DNA from: a virus
IMG/VR virus record: IMGVR_UViG_3300020220_004906
Coordinates: 11,463 to 75,462 of that record
Strand: one strand, 5' to 3'
DNA length: 64,000 nt
The position numbers and the translations under genes were made by a program. Positions 57,221 through 64,000 of the stretch are shown here, piece after piece; the stretch's first letter is position 1; each line of letters opens with the position of its first letter. The notes under the pieces are model-generated. The model worked only from the letters and a program-made list of their open reading frames with translations, was not told the origin of the DNA and ran no database searches.

Positions 57221-57610
57221 TTAGTTTTTAGCTACACCGTTGGTGAAAACTGTGTAGAACTTCTGGACGTTGTCCTGAAATTCTTTCATATTCTTCTGGA
57301 TGGTCTCAGGTTTGAAACTCTCCTGCACCTTCTCATTGAAAGTCTTCACGTTTTCCATCAATACTTTGGTCTGTTCCGCGACATTTGAACCATTGGTCAC
57401 AAACTCATTGAACTTCTTTGCAGTGTCGATGATGTCCTCTGCCGTCATCACTGGGGCCTTGAACTCAGCAACCACTTGCTCGCCGTCCTTCTTCACGGTG
57501 GCTTCGTATTCTGCTAGCTTGATGTTGTAGTTGAACTCCGCCATTTGTTTGGCAAGTCCTAATAGATCGGCACGTATCTCGTAGCCGCTTTTTGATTTGA
57601 TGTTTGACAT
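57221..57610 (-). CDS. Hypothetical helical protein, probably highly expressed
   Basis: AAGGAG SD, CA-rich leader, TAAATA upstream. Confidence 0.7.
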   Translation of the reverse strand: MSNIKSKSGYEIRADLLGLAKQMAEFNYNIKLAEYEATVKKDGEQVVAEFKAPVMTAEDIIDTAKKFNEFVTNGSNVAEQTKVLMENVKTFNEKVQESFKPETIQKNMKEFQDNVQKFYTVFTNGVAKN

Positions 57611-57719
57611 AACTTAAACTCCTTTCTGTGTGTGTGTTTGTGTTCTTGTTGTGTCAGCTGTATTTATAACACGAAAACAAAGATCTGTCAATATGTGTGT
57701 TGGGATTTTGTGTTTTACA

Positions 57720-60455
57720 CTAATTTAAGGTTCTTTTTATCCTAGGTCTTGGCCAAACGGCTCCGCTAGCGGGGCGCAGTTTGTAGTTGATTTTAGGATA
57801 AACATTGCCATCATAGGGTCTTTCGGGCCTGTAGAACAAATATAAGTTAGGTGCTCCCTGTAGATCTCTAATGTCAGTAGGACCCCCGGATGTGGCTGTC
57901 AGCTGATCGGCTTTGGCAATGCCAGTGATGTAGGCTTTGGCACGCTCTTGATTCATTTCTGGATAGGTTTCCAGCGCACAAGCGAGCACTCCACAGACCT
58001 GGGGAGAAGCCATGCTGGTGCCTGACACTTTGTTCACAAAAAAACTGCCTGATCTCGGATCAGTGACCCCAGCCGTATATGCGCTTACTATGAATGTGCC
58101 CGGTGCGAAAATGTCCACTCCTTCTCCGCAATCGCTGAAAACAACTTTCTTGTCCACGCTTATTGCGTCAACGGCACCCACGCAGATGTTGGGAATGTCA
58201 TAGGTTCCGGTGGAGCTGCCATCGCCCGCGGAGTCATTGGCAGTGGGGCTGGTGCCTCTCATGTAGGGATATGGATTGGCCACGCTGTCGGGGTATCTGT
58301 TAGCCATCTCGAACGTGTTGTTCCAATCCTGCCCACCTGGCACGTCGTGCCTCCACCTGCCATTTCCAGCGGCACCCACAGTGATCACACCTTCGTCGAT
58401 CATGTCCTCTAGATCCTCATCCAATACGGAGACCCTATAAGGTATACGCTGGTTAGATATAAATCCCCAGGCGTTCAGCTGAGCTGTGGTGAAAGTGTTA
58501 CCACTTACTGTTTTACGGTTGTTTACTCCCAATTGGAGGTCTATCTGTTCTGGAGTTGCTTCATAGAATACCCATTCGTTCACCATGCCGGGGCTGCCCA
58601 AAGTACCCGTGTCGCCGGCATTTCCCTCCACTCTTATTCTAAAAGTCCTGTTTGGTGCTGTACCTTCTGTGCCATGGAAAATCCTCTGCACCGAGTTGTC
58701 AAATGAACACCACATGATCTTTGGAAATCCAGGATTGGCTTCTCCTAAATTGCTAAAGTTAGTGGATCCACCACCGAAAGTCACATAGTGGTTTGTTCCC
58801 ACAAAAATCTGATTGTAATTGATTCCAAAAAATTTCACATTGAAAGGCAGATTCAATGTCCAATATCCGTCGTCGTTGTTGCCCACAGTTGGGGTCGTGC
58901 TAGATGTAAGGCTAGCTGAGCCCAATAAGGAGGTTGCCAGCGTGGTCACCGTTGCTGCATCTGTGATGGACGGATCGTTGTCTATCAATATGTCCATGTC
59001 AAAGGCATAAACAGGTGATGTGACGCCAGCGTTGCTGATTGTGGTTGCATAGGTTACAGTGTAATTGCCTTTTGATGCCAGTGTGATTTCCTCATCTATG
59101 ATGTTGGTTGTGTTGGCCGTGCTGTCTGATGCAGGTCCCACCGTGAAAGTGTTCACAACGGTGCTGTCGCTCTGTCGGGTCACCGTGATGCTGGTCGTGA
59201 GAGTTGTGGTCCCGGAACTGCCTCCCGCGGAAACGTCACTCTGTATTCTCACACCTGCATTCACAGTGTCGGTGTTGATCACTATGCTGTAGCTGGCCGA
59301 TGGTTGTGTGACCCCCGCTATGCTGGCATGATAATTAGAGTCTCTGGTCCATGAAGATGGGTTTGACACGATACTGCCTTCTCCCTGGTCTGCTGTGCCT
59401 GTCGTTGTGATTCTGTTTCCATTGTTTTCAAAATTAACCAATGTGGCCAATCTTGTTGAGCTTGTGCATACTCCGCTGAATCCATTGAAAGTTGTGATAC
59501 CACCCGCCGGAACATTTCTTACACCTCGAAAGGTCACCGCGGTGATGTCATTAAAACTCCATGCCCCTGGGAAGATACTCCAACCCCAACTGTTGTTACA
59601 GATGGTTGGATTCTTCCTGCCGGTGGCTGCGTTGACTGGTTTATTTGCATGGAACTGTCTTATGTAGTCCATCACGTATCCGGTATCTCCCCCGCCAGCA
59701 CCGAAATAAATGTTGTAGATATTGGCATTTCTAGCCCAGCCTTGGGTATTTCCGGCCACCGTGCCGGCCACATGAGTGGAGTGGGAACCTAATGAATAGG
59801 TATAATCGCTGGCAGCAATTCCTCTGACTTCAGGATCGTGTTGAAACCAGTTGTATTGCACGGTTCTGGTTCCACCAGTGCCATCCGCATTTAATGCATA
59901 TTCTGGATGGGTCCATGGCAATCCGTTTTCGTCCACTATTACTGCATCCACATTTCTTCCGGTCTGTGTCAGTCTTATGGTTCCTGTCACGGCGGCACTA
60001 GCTTGTTCCCCGTCACCTGAATATCCGGAGCCTCCCCAGCCGTTTCTATTAGAGCCCTCCCAGCATCGCAATAGGGCCCAGTTCTTATGGTTGCTGGAGG
60101 TGGTGAAGGACTTATCCCATGCCGTGCTAGTCTGTTCTGTGGTGTTGGTTGATACTTCTTCGACGAATAGTTCCGGTGTTGAGCCCAACGTTCTCGGACT
60201 TATTTCTACTGATTTTATTCGTGGATCCGTTTTAAGCTGATTGGCTTCCCACTGGGTCATCAGATAAAGGGTCCCCCTGCTCATTGGCCTACGTTCGACA
60301 CATTCAATGGCGCGGGTCAGTTCCAGTCCTGGGGGAGTTTGATCCTGTGTTTCCAAGTCACTGTATATAGATTGTAAGTCGTCAAAATTATAGACCACGA
60401 CATAGAATTCCTTTAGCTGTATATAGGGTGCCGATGTTGAGGGCCTGTCTGCCAT
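57720..60455 (-). CDS. Subtilase (S8) with large insertion, in the tail-fibre operon
   Basis: IVD, HSTHVAGT, AAGNG, GTSMASP. Confidence 0.88.
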   Translation of the reverse strand: MADRPSTSAPYIQLKEFYVVVYNFDDLQSIYSDLETQDQTPPGLELTRAIECVERRPMSRGTLYLMTQWEANQLKTDPRIKSVEISPRTLGSTPELFVEEVSTNTTEQTSTAWDKSFTTSSNHKNWALLRCWEGSNRNGWGGSGYSGDGEQASAAVTGTIRLTQTGRNVDAVIVDENGLPWTHPEYALNADGTGGTRTVQYNWFQHDPEVRGIAASDYTYSLGSHSTHVAGTVAGNTQGWARNANIYNIYFGAGGGDTGYVMDYIRQFHANKPVNAATGRKNPTICNNSWGWSIFPGAWSFNDITAVTFRGVRNVPAGGITTFNGFSGVCTSSTRLATLVNFENNGNRITTTGTADQGEGSIVSNPSSWTRDSNYHASIAGVTQPSASYSIVINTDTVNAGVRIQSDVSAGGSSGTTTLTTSITVTRQSDSTVVNTFTVGPASDSTANTTNIIDEEITLASKGNYTVTYATTISNAGVTSPVYAFDMDILIDNDPSITDAATVTTLATSLLGSASLTSSTTPTVGNNDDGYWTLNLPFNVKFFGINYNQIFVGTNHYVTFGGGSTNFSNLGEANPGFPKIMWCSFDNSVQRIFHGTEGTAPNRTFRIRVEGNAGDTGTLGSPGMVNEWVFYEATPEQIDLQLGVNNRKTVSGNTFTTAQLNAWGFISNQRIPYRVSVLDEDLEDMIDEGVITVGAAGNGRWRHDVPGGQDWNNTFEMANRYPDSVANPYPYMRGTSPTANDSAGDGSSTGTYDIPNICVGAVDAISVDKKVVFSDCGEGVDIFAPGTFIVSAYTAGVTDPRSGSFFVNKVSGTSMASPQVCGVLACALETYPEMNQERAKAYITGIAKADQLTATSGGPTDIRDLQGAPNLYLFYRPERPYDGNVYPKINYKLRPASGAVWPRPRIKRTLN

Positions 60456-60456
60456 C

Positions 60457-61584
60457 TTACACCTCCAGTGCCACGAGGGTCAATGTTACTGTGATTGTTG
60501 TGGTAGAGCCACTCTTGTTGGTGACTGCGCAGTAGATATCAGTTGATGGTGTGCTTTCATTGCTGTATCCTATCGCTGCAGGGCTGATCAAGATAGTTTG
60601 TGCCGCGGTGGTAATGACCTCTGCTACCACACCAGCACCCGGTGTTGGGTCTGCTCCTTCTGCCCTTGACGAATCGCTCGATCTGGCAGCGGTACTCACA
60701 TAAATTCTTACCCATGCTGCGGCAGATGTTTGCACCTTGTACAGTGCATAACCTTTGTATCCTGTTATTGTGATGTTGCCTGTGGCTGCGTTTGCTATGC
60801 TGGCAGTGGTCGCGTTGGCAGTGGTCCTGCTGTATAGCCCAGTCACTCCCGCTGCCGAGATGGTGATCTTTCCTTCGGAATCACTAGTGGTGGTGACACC
60901 ACCGGATCCCACGAACTGTATTGTCTCCCCCGAGTTGATAGTTCTTGCAGTGGAATCGTCCGCTGCCACTTTCAATGAAAATCCGCCACCGCCGGCCACT
61001 CCGGAACCATCGATGGTCAATGTGTCTCCAGACACTGCAGTGGTTATTCCGCCCGATCCTGCAATCTTTAATGTCTCTGCATTGTTTAGGGTAACGCCCG
61101 TGGAGTCATCTCCCACAAATGTCATAGTGGCCTGTGGCACACCTGTGATGGTAAGTACATCTCCCGACATCGCCGTGGTGATTCCCGTTCCACCAGCAAC
61201 TTTTAAAGTTTCCCCTGAATTAAATGATGTTCCTGTTGAATCATCTCCGACCACTGTCAATATGTTTGACCCTCCACCGGATCCTGTGATTGTGAGCACG
61301 TCTCCGCTCATTGCCGTGGTCACTGAACCTGCGCCCGCTATCTTAATGGTCTCTCCATCTGAAATTCTTGTTCCTGTGCTATCATCGCCCACGAAAGTGA
61401 TACCCTCAGCTGCCGATAAACCAGCAGCAGTGAAATAACCTAGATCGGCCCATGCTGACGAGCCATTTCCAATTTTGATTTTATATGTGTCTGTTTCAAA
61501 ACCGATCTCTCCCTGACTCAGCGTGGGATTGGTTGAAGTCCAGTTCGCTGCCGTGTCTCTTCTTATTTGTATCTTGTTTGCCAT
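60457..61584 (-). CDS. Tail fibre/adhesin with Mtd-like N-terminus and GDDSTG repeats
   Basis: KIQIRRDTAANWTSTNPTLSQGEIGFETDT plus 4 repeats. Confidence 0.75.
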   Translation of the reverse strand: MANKIQIRRDTAANWTSTNPTLSQGEIGFETDTYKIKIGNGSSAWADLGYFTAAGLSAAEGITFVGDDSTGTRISDGETIKIAGAGSVTTAMSGDVLTITGSGGGSNILTVVGDDSTGTSFNSGETLKVAGGTGITTAMSGDVLTITGVPQATMTFVGDDSTGVTLNNAETLKIAGSGGITTAVSGDTLTIDGSGVAGGGGFSLKVAADDSTARTINSGETIQFVGSGGVTTTSDSEGKITISAAGVTGLYSRTTANATTASIANAATGNITITGYKGYALYKVQTSAAAWVRIYVSTAARSSDSSRAEGADPTPGAGVVAEVITTAAQTILISPAAIGYSNESTPSTDIYCAVTNKSGSTTTITVTLTLVALEV

Positions 61585-63910
61585 ATTATGCTCCGCCTCC
61601 GTTCACTGATGTTTCTCCAGCTCCATATGTTGATGCTGCAGTTCCACCATCTAGGTTTAGAGCTGCTATGTCATACACAACAGCTGAACCGGCGGCATCT
61701 ATATTTAATGTCACAAGCGTGGTTCCACTTATGGTAACATTACCTTGGGCATCCGTAGCAGTGGTTATACCGTTGGAACCCACAAATTTTAGTGTGTTTC
61801 CTGTGGTTATTGCACGTTGTGTGCTGTCATCTCCTGCCACACTGAAAGTAAATGCCGCGGGTCCATTTATTGTAAGTATATCTCCGCTCATCACAGTGGT
61901 GATACCACCGGACCCTGTGATCTTTATTGTTTCACCATCTGATATGCGAGTGCCCGTGCTATCATCGCCCACAAAAGTCAATCCCTCGGCTGTGGATTCA
62001 GCAGATCCAGTGGCGGTGATGGTCAGGGTGTCTCCCTCCATGGATGTGGTTATACCCGTGCCACCTGCAATTTTAACCGTTTCGTTATCTGAAATCCTTG
62101 TGCCTGACGAATCATCGCCTACGAAAGTGATACCTTGTGCCGATAAACTAGTATTGGCATTACCAGCCGGTGGTCTATGTAGACTAGCTCTATATCCAGA
62201 AATTTTTATTGTGCTTTGGCTACCTGCGGCCTTCAGATATACTTTGTTGCCTGAAATCTCCACAGAAAAAGTCAAATGTATTACGCCATCTGTGGTCAGT
62301 TGCGGCCCTACCATGACATACGCTTGAGCATCATCATGCACCACAGTGACTTCTGACAAGCTGGATTGTGTGTTGTCGTCATCATGCGCTGATATGGTAT
62401 AGAAAGCTGCCGTGGTATCGGTCATATGGAAGGAATCTAGAGTGGTAGCAGAAGTTGATGCAGTGACCGTGCCGATGATCTTTTGAAAAACGGTTTCGTC
62501 TCCACCCTCGTCATCTGCCAATAACAGTCTATGGAATTTCAAATTTAATAAACCGCCGGTGGAATTCGCTTTCAATCTAGCCACGCCATCAGTGATATCC
62601 GTAGTGAACTCTATAAAAATATCATCTACGTCACCGTTGTTGACAATATTGTAAATGTTCAAATATGCGTCACTGCCGTCATGCACCATGGATATTTCCG
62701 CGCTCAAGTGATAGTTGGGCAAATTTACCCCTTGTTCAGTGGCTGTGACAAAATATTTGGCAGATCTATATTGGCCTATGTTCCATGTGTCTACCACTGT
62801 GCTCGAGGTAGATATATCATCATATTGAAAGGTATTGGTCCTTCCTGTACTTCTCGTCACGGTTGTGTCACTCAAAATAGTCTTGTAAGACTGCATGCTG
62901 TTTATGGCAGAATTTCCTTCAATCTTGTAGACTATATTAGTTCCTTCTAGCACTGCCCGTGAAGCATGTTCATCTCCGGGCACGATTGTGCCTGTGCTGA
63001 TAACAGCAGATTCTGACATGAAAGCCGTCAACCCGTCGTGGATCAAATTGATTTTTGAGGCAGTGATCTTGTTGTTGACCTCGTCTCGATAAACTTGATA
63101 ATACAAGATGGCGCGATTGTCTTCCATATCAAGGATATCCACATCTTTTTCTGATGTGTCTATGCCTATCTTGGAAATTATTTTGGCATCTTCATCCAGC
63201 ATTGAAGATGGAGTATTGATTCTTCCACTGAATATCAATCCTGTCTTGCTGGCACTGATAGTTTGATTTCCTATGAATAAAGTTCCACTTCCAAAATATC
63301 CTTTTCTAAATCTTTTAGTTAATGATCCTAAATCCACGCTGTCATCTGTGGTGGGAATGATTGAAGCATTGGTAGTGATAACACCTGTGCCCGAAGTGCT
63401 GATCTCGATGTCTTCGTTGGACCTTTGTCCAGTGATTTTATTGTCGTCTATCAATAGACCACCTGTGTTTAAAGAATCTATGGAACTGGTGCCTGTGATG
63501 GTTAAAACATTTCCAGAAATAGACGTGTCCACAGAACCTGCACCCACAATTTGCAGTGTTCCGCCATCTGCGATCGCTGTACCGGTGGAATCATCTCCAA
63601 TGAAAGTGATACCCTGTGCAGGATTTGATCCATTGATTGTTAATACATCTCCACTGACTGCAGTGGTTATGTTGGAACCACCTGCTATTTTAAATGTTTC
63701 ACCTGTATTCAATGTGGTGCCAGTGCTGTCGTCACCCACCACTGTGATGGTAGAATTTGTAAGATATGATGATAAATTTGGACCAGTGATGGTCAAAGTA
63801 TCTCCCGACACTGCCGTGGTTATGCCTGTGGCACCTGCTATTTTAAATGTTTCTGCTGTGTTGATAGTGCTGCCTGTGCTGTCGTCACCCACGAACGTGA
63901 TACCAGTGAA
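60840..63910 (-). repeat. Ten dispersed copies of a ~40-aa coding repeat
   Basis: ITFVGDDSTG..ET.KIAG..GITT..SGD.LTI.G. Confidence 0.85.
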
Positions 63911-64000
63911 AGCGCTCAAACTTGTAAAACTTAACTGTCCAGCACCATTGGTGATCAATACTTGATTGGCAGAGCCATCTGTGGAGGGATAAGTGATACC
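61586..64000 (-). CDS. Long tail fibre protein, start lies beyond the right edge
   Basis: Frame open to the window edge (GITYPSTDGSANQVL..); 6 GDDST repeats. Confidence 0.8.
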   Translation of the reverse strand, partial: GITYPSTDGSANQVLITNGAGQLSFTSLSAFTGITFVGDDSTGSTINTAETFKIAGATGITTAVSGDTLTITGPNLSSYLTNSTITVVGDDSTGTTLNTGETFKIAGGSNITTAVSGDVLTINGSNPAQGITFIGDDSTGTAIADGGTLQIVGAGSVDTSISGNVLTITGTSSIDSLNTGGLLIDDNKITGQRSNEDIEISTSGTGVITTNASIIPTTDDSVDLGSLTKRFRKGYFGSGTLFIGNQTISASKTGLIFSGRINTPSSMLDEDAKIISKIGIDTSEKDVDILDMEDNRAILYYQVYRDEVNNKITASKINLIHDGLTAFMSESAVISTGTIVPGDEHASRAVLEGTNIVYKIEGNSAINSMQSYKTILSDTTVTRSTGRTNTFQYDDISTSSTVVDTWNIGQYRSAKYFVTATEQGVNLPNYHLSAEISMVHDGSDAYLNIYNIVNNGDVDDIFIEFTTDITDGVARLKANSTGGLLNLKFHRLLLADDEGGDETVFQKIIGTVTASTSATTLDSFHMTDTTAAFYTISAHDDDNTQSSLSEVTVVHDDAQAYVMVGPQLTTDGVIHLTFSVEISGNKVYLKAAGSQSTIKISGYRASLHRPPAGNANTSLSAQGITFVGDDSSGTRISDNETVKIAGGTGITTSMEGDTLTITATGSAESTAEGLTFVGDDSTGTRISDGETIKITGSGGITTVMSGDILTINGPAAFTFSVAGDDSTQRAITTGNTLKFVGSNGITTATDAQGNVTISGTTLVTLNIDAAGSAVVYDIAALNLDGGTAASTYGAGETSVNGGGA

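Noticed and set aside
60755-63965. Long plus-strand ORFs (60755, 61485, 63273) and other antisense ORFs throughout
   Set aside because: Shadow frames of well-supported opposite-strand genes, without motifs
60457-64000. Diversity-generating retroelement or CRISPR array
   Set aside because: No reverse transcriptase; the repeats are in-frame, diverge at synonymous sites, are not adenine-specific and have no spacers
1-64000. Stop-codon reassignment
   Set aside because: Core genes are full length in the standard code and TAA, TAG and TGA all terminate genes

Overview
64 kb fragment of a large lytic myovirus (T4-related, jumbo-phage-like gene set; standard genetic code; probable alphaproteobacterial host, inferred from a Usg gene). 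Left to right: (1) 1-12.8 kb accessory block with class III aminotransferase, ClpP, radical SAM and Fe/2OG enzymes, FTR1 iron permease, five tRNAs that all carry G34 anticodons, and a GC-rich Nth + PHP-less DnaE cassette. (2) 12.8-23.8 kb replication block with gp41-like helicase, gp61-like primase, a 187-aa mini-DnaE, a gp62-like clamp-loader subunit and UvsW. (3) 23.8-36 kb glycan synthesis/decoration locus of 13 genes, including four KpsS/KpsC-like paralogues. (4) uvsY-uvsX-gp32. (5) Terminase, head, tail tube/sheath and neck genes. (6) A subtilase and repeat-rich tail fibres. The main highlights are two independently minimised C-family polymerases, the phage glycan locus, an apparently leaderless TAAATA-N4-8-ATG gene-start architecture and the all-G34 tRNA cluster. 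All product calls come from motif recognition by eye, not from database searches.
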